From contig NC_017039.1 of the NCBI RefSeq assembly GCF_000284455.1, positions 3,330,001-3,362,000 of the forward strand: a stretch of 32,000 bases of DNA, written 5' to 3'. The position numbers and the translations under genes are program-made. Below, in pieces: positions 1 through 8,992 of the stretch (position 1 is the stretch's first letter; every line of letters starts with the position of its first letter). This DNA is from Synechocystis sp. PCC 6803 substr. PCC-P (GTDB lineage Bacteria; Cyanobacteriota; Cyanobacteriia; Cyanobacteriales; Microcystaceae). Under the pieces are notes generated by a model that saw only the letters and a program-made list of their open reading frames with translations, had not been told where the DNA came from and made no database searches.

Positions 1-648
1 AATTTTCAAGATTTTGACGATTATTTGCAAATTTTTAATGCCAATCAACGGCGTAATATTAAACGAGAACGAAAAGCGGTGCAAAAGGCTGGCTTACGCA
101 TTCAAGTTTTACAAGGAAATCAAATTCCCCATCATTTTTTTCCTGCAATTTATCGTTTTTATAGTAATACCTGTGACAAATTCTATTGGGGTAGTAAATA
201 CCTCACTAAAAAGTTCTTTCAGTCTTTGTACGAAGATTACCGGGCTAGGGTAGTTTTGGTGCTAGCCTTTCCAGAGCATGATGATCAACATCCCGTTGGT
301 TTATCTTTCTGTTTACGCAAAGGCGATCGCCTCTATGGTCGCTACTGGGGAAGCCTAGCAGATTATGATTGTCTGCACTTTGAAGCTTGTTATTACCAAC
401 CCATTCAATGGGCCATTGGGGAAAACATTCAACTATTTGATCCAGGGGCAGGGGGACGCCACAAACGCCGTCGAGGTTTTCCCGCCACAGCTAACTACAG
501 TTTGCATCGTTTCTATCACCCCAAAATGCAACAAATTTTGCAAATCTACATCGATGAAATTAATGCCATGGAGCAGGCAGAAATTGATGCCATTAACCAG
601 GATTTGCCCTTTAGTAGAAAGGAGGTTAGTTTGGCATTAGAACAATAA
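1..648 (+). CDS. C-terminal part of a DUF482/FemAB-like GNAT-fold acyltransferase family protein (5' end outside window)
   Basis: Frame 1 is open from base 1 (NFQDFDDYLQIFNANQRRNIKRERK...) to TAA at 646-648. The motifs YGRYWG, LHFEACYYQPIQWAI and FDPGAGGRHKRRRGF are the ones I associate with the DUF482 family. The assignment is from memory. Confidence 0.7.
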   Translation, partial: NFQDFDDYLQIFNANQRRNIKRERKAVQKAGLRIQVLQGNQIPHHFFPAIYRFYSNTCDKFYWGSKYLTKKFFQSLYEDYRARVVLVLAFPEHDDQHPVGLSFCLRKGDRLYGRYWGSLADYDCLHFEACYYQPIQWAIGENIQLFDPGAGGRHKRRRGFPATANYSLHRFYHPKMQQILQIYIDEINAMEQAEIDAINQDLPFSRKEVSLALEQ

Positions 649-840
649 AAGCTGACTCAATTATCCTGCTCACAAGACTGACAAAATAGCTCTCTTCTAT
701 TGGGAGAGTATCATTTCTACCAAATCTTCTGGAGCTTTAGCAACTTGATAAAAAAGACAACAGCAGTGGAAGGCAAATTACTCCTAGGAGAAATTTGCCG
801 AGTTGATAGTAAACCTTGATCAACTCAAATAGAGTTAGAA

Positions 841-924
841 TGCGGAACCCGGGACTTGAACCCGGAAGTCCTTACGAACACTAGAACCTGAATCTAGCGC
901 GTCTACCAATTCCGCCAGTTCCGC
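841..924 (-). tRNA. trnL: tRNA-Leu (anticodon CAG), class II with long variable arm, no encoded CCA
   Basis: The reverse complement reads GCGGAAC-TG-GCGGAATTGGTAGACGCG-CTAGA-TTCAGGT-TCTAG-TGTTCGTAAGGACTTC-CCGGG-TTCAAGT-CCCGG-GTTCCGC-A. It has a 7-bp acceptor stem, a 5-bp anticodon stem with loop TTCAGGT (CAG), a long extra arm, and a T-arm with a TTCAAGT loop. Confidence 0.93.
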
Positions 925-1070
925 TTGCGGTGGTTTTGCTTACCGAAAGACCATCATCCCCCAGGATTGACTGGAAGTCAACAGGCTTTTGTCAAGAAAT
1001 AATAGCGGCTTAATTTTTTTGATACCATGGGGAACTGCCGACTTTTCCCCGGCCCTATCCCGAAATCACC

Positions 1071-2873
1071 ATGGCATTAATCGTTCAAAAATTTGGCGGC
1101 ACTTCCGTTGGCACTGTGGAGCGTATTCAAGCGGTGGCCCAACGCATTAAACGAACTGTGCAGGGAGGCAACTCCCTGGTGGTGGTGGTGTCGGCCATGG
1201 GAAAAAGCACCGATGTGTTAGTGGATTTAGCCCAACAGATTTCCCCCAATCCCTGTCGCCGGGAGATGGATATGTTACTTTCCACCGGGGAACAGGTATC
1301 CATTGCTTTGCTGAGTTTAGCCTTGCAGGAAATAGACCAGCCCGCCATTTCCCTCACCGGAGCCCAGGTGGGCATCGTCACCGAGGCCGAACATAGCCGG
1401 GCCCGCATTCTAGAAATTCGTCCCGATCGCCTGGAGCACCATTTAAGGGAAGGGAAAGTGGTGGTAGTGGCTGGTTTCCAGGGCATCAGTAGCGTAGAAC
1501 ATCTAGAAATTACTACCCTGGGACGGGGCGGCTCAGACACCTCTGCCGTGGCCCTGGCGGCGGCATTGAAAGCGGATTTTTGCGAAATTTACACCGACGT
1601 ACCGGGTATTCTCACCACTGATCCCCGTTTAGTGCCGGAAGCCCAACTGATGGCGGAAATCACCTGTGACGAGATGTTGGAATTAGCCAGTCTGGGGGCG
1701 AAAGTACTCCATCCCCGGGCGGTGGAAATTGCCCGCAATTATGGCATTCCCTTGGTGGTGCGTTCCAGTTGGAGTGATGAACCGGGCACAAAAGTAGTGG
1801 CTCCCCCGGTGCAAAACCGTTCCCTGGTAGGGCTTGAAATTGCCAAGGCAGTGGATGGGGTGGAATACGACGCCGATCAAGCCAAAGTCGCTCTGTTGCG
1901 AGTGCCCGATCGCCCTGGGGTGGCATCAAAATTATTTCGGGATATTGCCCAACAACAGGTGGACATTGATTTAATTATTCAATCCATCCATGACGGCAAC
2001 AGTAATGACATTGCTTTCACTGTTGTCAAAGATTTACTCAATACAGCGGAAGCCGTTACCAGCGCCATTGCCCCGGCCCTACGCAGTTACCCCGAAGCGG
2101 ATCAGGAAGCGGAAATTATTGTCGAAAAAGGCATCGCTAAAATTGCCATTGCCGGAGCCGGTATGATCGGTCGTCCTGGCATCGCCGCCAAAATGTTCAA
2201 AACTTTGGCCGATGTGGGGGTCAACATTGAAATGATTTCCACTTCGGAAGTGAAAGTTAGTTGTGTTATTGATCAACGGGACGCAGACCGGGCGATCGCC
2301 GCTTTATCCAATGCTTTTGGGGTAACTTTATCTCCGCCGAAAAACCAAACGGACACTTCCCATTTACCAGCGGTGCGGGGGGTAGCCCTGGACCAAGACC
2401 AGGCCCAAATTGCCATTCGCCACGTACCCGATCGCCCTGGCATGGCAGCCCAACTGTTCACCGCCCTAGCAGAAGCCAACATCAGTGTGGACATGATTAT
2501 CCAATCCCAACGCTGTCGCATTAATCAAGGCACCCCCTGCCGGGACATTGCTTTTATGGTGGCGGAAGGGGATAGCAGTCAGGCTGAGGCGATTTTGCAA
2601 CCCCTGATCAAAGATTGGCTCGATGCGGCCATAGTTGTGAACAAAGCCATTGCCAAAGTCAGCATTGTCGGTTCCGGCATGATTGGCCATCCGGGGGTGG
2701 CGGCCCACTTCTTTGCTGCCCTGGCCCAGGAAAATATCAACATTGAAATGATTGCCACGTCGGAAATCAAAATCAGTTGTGTGGTGCCCCAGGATCGGGG
2801 AGTGGATGCTTTGAAAGCTGCCCACAGCGCCTTTAACTTAGCTGGCACGAAAACCGTCACTGTTCCAGCTTAG
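1071..2873 (+). CDS. lysC: Aspartate kinase, long cyanobacterial form with duplicated C-terminal ACT regulatory regions
   Basis: 600-aa ORF. The N-terminus is IVQKFGGTSVG, followed by VVVSAMG..TD and GRGGSDT kinase motifs. Two successive ACT-pair regions follow (LLRVPDRPGVASKLF... and IAIRHVPDRPGMAAQLF...). Confidence 0.95.
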   Translation: MALIVQKFGGTSVGTVERIQAVAQRIKRTVQGGNSLVVVVSAMGKSTDVLVDLAQQISPNPCRREMDMLLSTGEQVSIALLSLALQEIDQPAISLTGAQVGIVTEAEHSRARILEIRPDRLEHHLREGKVVVVAGFQGISSVEHLEITTLGRGGSDTSAVALAAALKADFCEIYTDVPGILTTDPRLVPEAQLMAEITCDEMLELASLGAKVLHPRAVEIARNYGIPLVVRSSWSDEPGTKVVAPPVQNRSLVGLEIAKAVDGVEYDADQAKVALLRVPDRPGVASKLFRDIAQQQVDIDLIIQSIHDGNSNDIAFTVVKDLLNTAEAVTSAIAPALRSYPEADQEAEIIVEKGIAKIAIAGAGMIGRPGIAAKMFKTLADVGVNIEMISTSEVKVSCVIDQRDADRAIAALSNAFGVTLSPPKNQTDTSHLPAVRGVALDQDQAQIAIRHVPDRPGMAAQLFTALAEANISVDMIIQSQRCRINQGTPCRDIAFMVAEGDSSQAEAILQPLIKDWLDAAIVVNKAIAKVSIVGSGMIGHPGVAAHFFAALAQENINIEMIATSEIKISCVVPQDRGVDALKAAHSAFNLAGTKTVTVPA

Positions 2874-3073
2874 ATCCTACTTTTCAAACACTCTTTAAAG
2901 GATTAAAAGAATATCTTTACTTTACGATTCACTTACCCTATCTATGAATGCTTTGAACTACTGGCTGAGCTGATCAGTCAAGTCGGAGTTCTGCTTACTT
3001 CTCGCCCCGTTAGCCAAAATACAAAATAACATTAACGTATAGTCTTAACCATTATTAGACGATTCAAATACAA

Positions 3074-4069
3074 ATGACCAGAAATGTCCAGTTTGAAATC
3101 GCACTCTCCTTCGCAGGCGAAGATAGAGAATACGTTGATCGCGTCGCCAATCTTTTGCGTGAGGCTGGTGTAACTGTTTTCTATGACATTTTTGAAGAAG
3201 CCAATCTCTGGGGCAAAAACCTCTACGACTATCTTTCTGAGATTTATCAGGATAAGGCATTATTTACAATAATGTTCATTTCGGAACACTATTCAAGAAA
3301 GATGTGGACAAACCACGAACGGCAGGCAATGCAAGCTCGGGCCTTCCAAGAGCACCAGGAGTACATTCTTCCTGCACGCTTTGATGAAACCCCTATTCCG
3401 AGCGTCCTCCCAACAGTTGGCTATATTTCACTTCGAAGCAAGACACCCGAGGAATTCGTCGAAACAATCAAGCAAAAACTTATCGCTACTGGAAGAACAG
3501 TGCCATCCGCTTCGCTCAGGCGGGACTTCTTCACATTTGAAACCATTCTACGGCGTGAGCCAATCCATGCCACAGTCACCGTTATTGACTCCTCAGAGAA
3601 GCCGGTCGCATCCGCAATCGTTGTAGCAATCGCAGACAACAACACAACTAAGCAAGCTCAAACAGATCACTCAGGCATTGCCAAACTTGACATACCAACA
3701 CGTCGGAAATACCAGTTGTTAGTCGCACATCCACAGTATCCCGGATCCATAGTTTCAACTTGGGATCCAGGATATGATATTCGAATAGTTGTGACTACAG
3801 TAGAGAATACAGGCTCAGTAATCTGCCATAGTACCTGCCACATTCCGGGTTTAGAGGGCCGCCTTAATCCAATACTCGATACCGGCTTTCGTAAGTATCT
3901 GTACGCCGACAACATCGCTATCGACGGCGGCAAACAACAACCGGCACACTTCGAGATAGACTCCCCAATTGAATTAGAAGACTCGAACGGCCTAGTTATG
4001 CTAGTGCGGGTACTTCACATACAGGGCAGAACATCGCTCATCCAATATGTACGACCCTGCAACGCCTAA
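3074..4069 (+). CDS. TIR-domain protein (N-terminal TIR_2-like domain, C-terminal beta-sandwich-like plus unknown domain)
   Basis: 331-aa ORF with an ATG start. It shows FEIALSFAGEDREYV...GVTVFYD...LWGKNL...FISEHYSRKMWTNHE, with Glu82 (nt 3317-3319) where bacterial TIR NADases carry the catalytic Glu. Residues ~165-240 (TVTVIDSSEKPVASAIVVAI...TDHSGIAKLDIP..KYQLLVAHPQYPG) resemble a carboxypeptidase-regulatory-like beta-sandwich. I do not recognise the last ~90 aa. Confidence 0.8.
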   Translation: MTRNVQFEIALSFAGEDREYVDRVANLLREAGVTVFYDIFEEANLWGKNLYDYLSEIYQDKALFTIMFISEHYSRKMWTNHERQAMQARAFQEHQEYILPARFDETPIPSVLPTVGYISLRSKTPEEFVETIKQKLIATGRTVPSASLRRDFFTFETILRREPIHATVTVIDSSEKPVASAIVVAIADNNTTKQAQTDHSGIAKLDIPTRRKYQLLVAHPQYPGSIVSTWDPGYDIRIVVTTVENTGSVICHSTCHIPGLEGRLNPILDTGFRKYLYADNIAIDGGKQQPAHFEIDSPIELEDSNGLVMLVRVLHIQGRTSLIQYVRPCNA

Positions 4070-4200
4070 CGCGCCTTGCACGATTTTTTGGAAATTTGCC
4101 CGAGTTTTGGTTAAATGCACAACATTCAGTCGATTTATGGGATGTGGCCCAGGCAAGTGAGGAAGATATTTCCAAAATTCGGCCACTCAACGTTGTCTGA
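4051..4200 (+). pseudogene. Relic 3' end of a HigA-family (XRE-HTH) antitoxin gene
   Basis: Frame 1 reads ...TTLQRLTRLARFFGNLPEFWLNAQHSVDLWDVAQASEEDISKIRPLNVV* with TGA at 4198-4200. ARFFG..PEFWLN.Q...DLW is the characteristic C-terminal signature of HigA antitoxins (compare E. coli HigA ...[20 protein letters not shown]). There is no HTH N-terminal half and no start codon. The frame has a stop at 3970-3972 and overlaps the end of the TIR ORF. Confidence 0.5.
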
Positions 4201-4233
4201 TTTTTTCATTGCCTTCATGCCAAAATTTAGGGA

Positions 4234-6375
4234 GTGGTTTATCCACAAACCTTTTTCCTGCGACTTAAACCTTTCCGTTTTTCCATCACCATGACCCACA
4301 CCGCCGTTGCCAATCCGCTCCTTCAAGGCCGGGACTTGCCTGCCTTTGACAAAATTCAACCCACCGATGTGGAGCCCGCAGTGACTACCCTGGTGCAGGA
4401 ATTAGAAGCCCAATTAACTGAGTTAGAAAAATCTGTGCAGCCCACCTGGGAAGGATTGGTGGAACCTCTGACGGCCCTGGAAGAAAAACTGAGTTGGACC
4501 TGGGGCACCGTTTCCCATTTGATGGGGGTGAAAAATAGCCCCGAATTGCGCCATGGCTTTGAACAAGTGCAACCGTTAGTGGTAGGTTTCATTAGTCGGT
4601 TGGGGCAGAGTCGTCCCCTTTATGAAGCCTTTGTGGCCCTGCGGGATAGCGCTGAATGGGGAAATCTAGAACCAGCCCAGCAACGGATTGTGGAAAGTAA
4701 TATCCGGGAAGCGGAACTAGGGGGCGTAGGTTTAACGGGGGAAAAACGGGACAGGTTTAACGCCATTCAATTGGAATTAGCGGAACTGGCCACCAAATTT
4801 TCCAATAACGTGTTGGATGCCAGCCAAGCGTTTGAGTTGAAACTGACCACCAAGGAAGAAATTGCCGGCTTGCCACCGAGTTTATTGGCTTTAGCCGCCC
4901 AAACTGCCCAACAGAAAGGGGAAGACAATGCTACTCCCGAGGAGGGCCCCTGGCTAATTACCTTGGACTATCCTAGCTATCTTCCTTTTATGAAATATAG
5001 CCAACGGGAGGATCTGCGGGAAAAGGTTTACCGGGCGTTTATTCGTCGGGCAGCGGATGGGCAGTGGGATAACCATCCCTTAATTGAGAGAATTTTGGCG
5101 CTACGGTTGGAAAAAGCCCAGTTGCTAGGTTTTGAAACCTATGCAGAGTTAAGTTTGTCCCGCAAAATGGCCCCCAATGTGGCCGCAGTGGAAAAACTGT
5201 TGGAGGAGTTACGGGTTCCCAGTTATAAGGCGGCGGAGCAGGAATTTGCCGATCTACAGAAATTTGCTGGGGTGGAAGAGCTACACCATTGGGATACGGC
5301 CTATTGGTCAGAACGGCAACGGGAACAGGAATTTGATTTTGATGCGGAGGCTCTGCGGCCCTATTTCCCCCTACCCCAGGTACTGGAAGGATTATTTGCC
5401 TTGGCTAAGCGACTATTTGGGGTCACCATTCAAGCCAGTGAAGAAGAGGTTCCTGTTTGGCACCCGGATGTGCAATTTTTCCGAGTGTTGGATGAATCGG
5501 GCACGGCGATCGCCAGTTTTTATTTAGATGCCTACAGTCGGCCGGCGGAAAAACGGGGCGGTGCCTGGATGGCGGATTGCTTAAACCGGGGTCAGGAATT
5601 AATCAATGGGCAAAAATCCCTACGTTTGCCAGTAGCTTATCTAATTTGTAACCAAACGCCGCCGGTGGGGGATCAGCCCAGCCTGATGACTTTTTACGAA
5701 GTGACTACCCTGTTCCATGAATTTGGCCATGGGTTGCAGCATTTACTAACCACCGTTAATTACAGCGGTGCGGCGGGCATCAATAATGTGGAATGGGATG
5801 CGGTGGAACTGCCCAGTCAGTTTATGGAAAATTGGTGCTATGACCCCACCACCCTGTTTAGTTTGGCCAAGCATTACCAAACCGGGGAGACTTTGCCCCA
5901 GGCGGAATACGAAAAAATCCTCGCCACCCGCAACTTTATGACCGGCTCTGCCATGCTCCGGCAGATTAACTTCAGCCTGCTGGATTTAGAACTACACCAC
6001 CGTTACCGTCCCGACGGCCCGGAAACCATTGAGCAAATTGGCGATCGCCTGGCGAAAATCACCACCATTTTGCCTCCCCTGCCGGAAAATGCTTTCCTCT
6101 GCTCCTTTGGCCACATCTTTGCCGGGGGCTATGCCGCCGGTTACTACAGCTATAAATGGGCGGAAGTACTCAGTGCCGATGCCTTTGCCGCCTTTGAGGA
6201 GGTGGGCTTAGACAATGAAGCTGCGGTGCAAACTACGGGTAAACGTTTTCGAGAAACGGTGTTGGCCTTGGGGGGAAGCTTAGCGCCCGCAGTGGTCTTT
6301 GAAAAATTCCGGGGGCGACAACCGCAAACTGCTCCGCTGTTGCGTCATAACGGTTTGTTACCCAGTGCAACCTGA
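4234..6375 (+). CDS. prlC: Oligopeptidase A, M3-family zinc metallopeptidase
   Basis: The ORF carries the HEFGH zinc motif (TTLFHEFGHGLQH) and M3 family blocks (GGAWM, YAAGYYSYKWAEVLSADAF). The longest ORF starts at GTG 4234. ATG 4291 (MTHTAVANPLLQ) is a plausible alternative start. Confidence 0.92.
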   Translation: MVYPQTFFLRLKPFRFSITMTHTAVANPLLQGRDLPAFDKIQPTDVEPAVTTLVQELEAQLTELEKSVQPTWEGLVEPLTALEEKLSWTWGTVSHLMGVKNSPELRHGFEQVQPLVVGFISRLGQSRPLYEAFVALRDSAEWGNLEPAQQRIVESNIREAELGGVGLTGEKRDRFNAIQLELAELATKFSNNVLDASQAFELKLTTKEEIAGLPPSLLALAAQTAQQKGEDNATPEEGPWLITLDYPSYLPFMKYSQREDLREKVYRAFIRRAADGQWDNHPLIERILALRLEKAQLLGFETYAELSLSRKMAPNVAAVEKLLEELRVPSYKAAEQEFADLQKFAGVEELHHWDTAYWSERQREQEFDFDAEALRPYFPLPQVLEGLFALAKRLFGVTIQASEEEVPVWHPDVQFFRVLDESGTAIASFYLDAYSRPAEKRGGAWMADCLNRGQELINGQKSLRLPVAYLICNQTPPVGDQPSLMTFYEVTTLFHEFGHGLQHLLTTVNYSGAAGINNVEWDAVELPSQFMENWCYDPTTLFSLAKHYQTGETLPQAEYEKILATRNFMTGSAMLRQINFSLLDLELHHRYRPDGPETIEQIGDRLAKITTILPPLPENAFLCSFGHIFAGGYAAGYYSYKWAEVLSADAFAAFEEVGLDNEAAVQTTGKRFRETVLALGGSLAPAVVFEKFRGRQPQTAPLLRHNGLLPSAT

Positions 6376-6508
6376 TCAATTGCCCGATTGATGAATTGAG
6401 CAATGAACCCTAGCAACTCCCCTATCTCCCCGACTTAGCCATAGGATTCGGTGGAGTTGGGGGTTCAAGGTATAATTCTGAATACTATTGGGAATAGCCT
6501 AAATTACA

Positions 6509-7312
6509 GTGTCCATTCAACTCGGTATCATCGGCGGTGGAGTAATGGCTGAAGCCATCCTGGCCCGCTTAATCGCAGAAAAGACCTATGCCCCAGAAGA
6601 AATAATTGTGGGGGAGCCCCACGGTGCCCGGCGGGATTATCTCCAAAAAACCTATCAAGTTCGGGTTTCCCCCGATAACCAAGAGGCGGCTAATGTTTCT
6701 GAAGTGCTGCTGTTGGCCGTCAAACCCCAGGTGCTAGACCGGGTGCTAGCCAGTTTAGCAGGAGGAGCCAATCGTCCCCTGGTAATTTCCATTTTGGCCG
6801 GGGTTTCTCTGCAAAGAATTCAAAAGGGTTTTCCCGACCATGCCATCATCCGGGCCATGCCCAATACCCCCGCCACCGTTGGGGCCGGTATGACGGCGAT
6901 CGCCGCGAATAAAATGGTGGAGCCGGATCAGTTGGCTAAGGCTAAGGCCATCTTTTCGGCGGTGGGCAATGTGGTGGAGGTGCCGGAAAATTTAATGGAT
7001 GCGGTGACGGGGGTTTCCGGTTCGGGACCGGCCTACGTAGCTTTGATGATCGAAGCCCTGGCCGATGGTGGTGTTTTGGCCGGATTACCCAGGGCGATCG
7101 CCCAAAAATTGGCTTTGCAAACAGTGTTGGGCACAGCGGAGTTAATCAAGGAAACGGAGGAGCACCCTGCCCAGATTAAAGATAAAGTTACCAGTCCGGG
7201 GGGCACCACCATTGCTGGGGTAGCGGTATTGGAGAAGATGGGTTTTCGTTCCGCCATCATCGAAGCAGTGCGGGCGGCCTATCGCCGTTCCCAGGAATTG
7301 GGCAAAAAATAA
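6509..7312 (+). CDS. proC: Pyrroline-5-carboxylate reductase
   Basis: 267-aa ORF with a GTG start. It has the Rossmann N-terminus LGIIGGGVMAEAI, LLAVKPQ, RAMPNTPA and the C-terminal TSPGGTTIAG signature. Confidence 0.93.
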   Translation: MSIQLGIIGGGVMAEAILARLIAEKTYAPEEIIVGEPHGARRDYLQKTYQVRVSPDNQEAANVSEVLLLAVKPQVLDRVLASLAGGANRPLVISILAGVSLQRIQKGFPDHAIIRAMPNTPATVGAGMTAIAANKMVEPDQLAKAKAIFSAVGNVVEVPENLMDAVTGVSGSGPAYVALMIEALADGGVLAGLPRAIAQKLALQTVLGTAELIKETEEHPAQIKDKVTSPGGTTIAGVAVLEKMGFRSAIIEAVRAAYRRSQELGKK

Positions 7313-7326
7313 ATGGACAACGGAAT

Positions 7327-8796
7327 TTAATGCAGCGCTTGATGCAAACTTTTCAAACTAGGCAAATCGAACATCAAAGCATCGTCGGGGTTAACTTCTG
7401 TGAAATGGTGTACTAGCAATAGGCCCACAATGGTCCAGGTTTGGTAGGAACGGGATTGTTGCCCGACCCAAAAGCCCGTGGGGCCATCAAAATATTCAGC
7501 CCATTTATGCTTGGGCAAACGGCGCAAAAGCACCTCATAGTTATTGCGAATTAGGTTCCCCATTTCCGCATACTCCACCGTGCCGTAGTTGGAATGGCAG
7601 CTATGGCGGAGCACCGCCACCACCAGAAACCAAAATAAACAGGGCCAATGGCCGGCGTTGTGGTAGCACCAGGGTAAATTTTTGCGGTCAAAGCCGGTTT
7701 TACTGCGCCAATCGTCATCTTTGAGGGGGGGATGGCAAATCCTCAGGGGCATTTGGGCACATAACTCCCGCTGATTATTTAATACCAAACGGAAAAAGGA
7801 ACGTTGCTGGGCCAAGCTAGTGACATCGAAAATTGCCCCCAAGCAATTACCCAGGGAGAAAAAGCGAAAATCGGGGCGACCCGTGCGGATATTGCCGATT
7901 AAATAGCCTCCCCGATCGCCGAGCCAATCCTGGAGCCAGTTGGGAATGGTTTCTGTGTGGACATTATGTTCGTTGCTGGCTTCTTCACCGTACTGTTCCG
8001 TGGGACGGCGGCGGAGAGCTTGGACAATATTGCAATTAATCCAATAATGCTTGAGCAGATAGGTGCGGAGTTTTTTGAGCCAATCCACACTCAGGTTAAA
8101 TTGATGACTCTGCTCCATCGTGAAGCTGTCAAAAGGATGGTCTTTATTGCTGCAATAACCCTTCGCCTTGAGGTCGATTAACAGTAACCCCGCCGCACTT
8201 TTCAGGGCTCCGTAGAGCAGGGTTTGGATTTCCAACGGCGCTCCCCACACATCCATGGGGCGGTCAATCATAAAGGCCCCGTCGGGCACAAACAAAGTGG
8301 GTGCATCCCGAAAGACTGGATGGAGAATGAGGTTTAAAAACTTTTGTAGCCCCAATTGCACATGGGTTTGTCTAGCCCAGGCTTCATTGCCGGTTCTTTG
8401 CACGTAGTAATAGGCCAAAATAGGCCACCAGAGGGACGCATCCACCGAGCAAACTCGACCGATCGCCCGTTGGCCATAGTCTGCCTTGAGTTCATGGTTT
8501 TCCGTTTCCACAAAACTAGTGGGAAAAATGCCGTAGGTGGGAAAGCCCTTACTTTGGAGGGTGAGGCAAATTTCCAAAAAGTTTTGGACAATTTCCGTTT
8601 CATTTTGCAGTAACAAGAAGATCATCACCGGCACATTGTCCCGAATGAAAACTTCCGTATAGTTCAAATCATGGTGATCCGATTGGGGAATGGCCGCCAC
8701 CGTCCCCACGTATTGCCCATTGATTTTGACCATGGCTTTTTCGTAGAGCAAACGGCGGGCCTGGTCTAGGATTTGTTGAGCCTGGGGGGATTTCAT
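7327..8796 (-). CDS. Alkaline/neutral invertase (glycoside hydrolase family 100)
   Basis: 489-aa ORF with blocks typical of cyanobacterial and plant neutral invertases (YTEVFIRDNVP, DASLWWPIL, GGYLIGNIRTGRPDFRFFSLGN, CYHNAGHWP, LWF). Confidence 0.9.
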   Translation of the reverse strand: MKSPQAQQILDQARRLLYEKAMVKINGQYVGTVAAIPQSDHHDLNYTEVFIRDNVPVMIFLLLQNETEIVQNFLEICLTLQSKGFPTYGIFPTSFVETENHELKADYGQRAIGRVCSVDASLWWPILAYYYVQRTGNEAWARQTHVQLGLQKFLNLILHPVFRDAPTLFVPDGAFMIDRPMDVWGAPLEIQTLLYGALKSAAGLLLIDLKAKGYCSNKDHPFDSFTMEQSHQFNLSVDWLKKLRTYLLKHYWINCNIVQALRRRPTEQYGEEASNEHNVHTETIPNWLQDWLGDRGGYLIGNIRTGRPDFRFFSLGNCLGAIFDVTSLAQQRSFFRLVLNNQRELCAQMPLRICHPPLKDDDWRSKTGFDRKNLPWCYHNAGHWPCLFWFLVVAVLRHSCHSNYGTVEYAEMGNLIRNNYEVLLRRLPKHKWAEYFDGPTGFWVGQQSRSYQTWTIVGLLLVHHFTEVNPDDALMFDLPSLKSLHQALH

Positions 8797-8992
8797 AGCA
8801 AAAGATTAGGATTAATCTATGGGTCAAACTTAATTTTCCTGAACTAGTCTGACGATGTAAAGCATTTGGTTTGCTAGGCTGACAGATAGTAGGGTTCTAG
8901 CTCGTTCCCTCAATATCCAATATCCCAACACTGGCAGATTTTTACCCGGCTTTCCCTGAAACTGGTGGATCAGGGGATTTTTAAAATTTACC

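Noticed and set aside
1127-2860. Multiple 60-140 aa ORFs antisense to or overlapping lysC. Similar sets occur inside prlC, the invertase gene, speA, acnB, glsF and carA.
   Set aside because: They lie wholly inside long ORFs with strong family motifs and have low-complexity, Arg/Pro/Gly-rich translations typical of off-frame shadows. No independent signal supports them.
1800-2873. Internal duplication of the ACT regulatory region in lysC.
   Set aside because: As far as I recall, this is the known architecture of cyanobacterial aspartate kinases. It is not novel.
2874-3073. Search for a higB toxin relic or direct repeats upstream of the TIR gene, to match the downstream higA relic.
   Set aside because: I recognised no HigB-like translation in any frame. 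Only an 8-mer (gccaaaat) is shared with the downstream flank, which is consistent with chance.
3824-3841. CHSTCH (C-x3-C-H) in the TIR protein C-terminal region, resembling a variant heme-c attachment motif.
   Set aside because: The protein has no signal peptide, so covalent heme attachment is implausible. A single short motif can arise by chance. At most it may be a metal ligand pair.
4234-4290. N-terminal extensions given by the longest ORFs: prlC GTG 4234, speA TTG 10639, ccdA TTG 15498, glsF 26713, carA 29833.
   Set aside because: The extensions start at non-ATG codons or add residues that look non-conserved upstream of well-known family N-termini. I preferred internal ATG starts except for prlC, where both options are noted.
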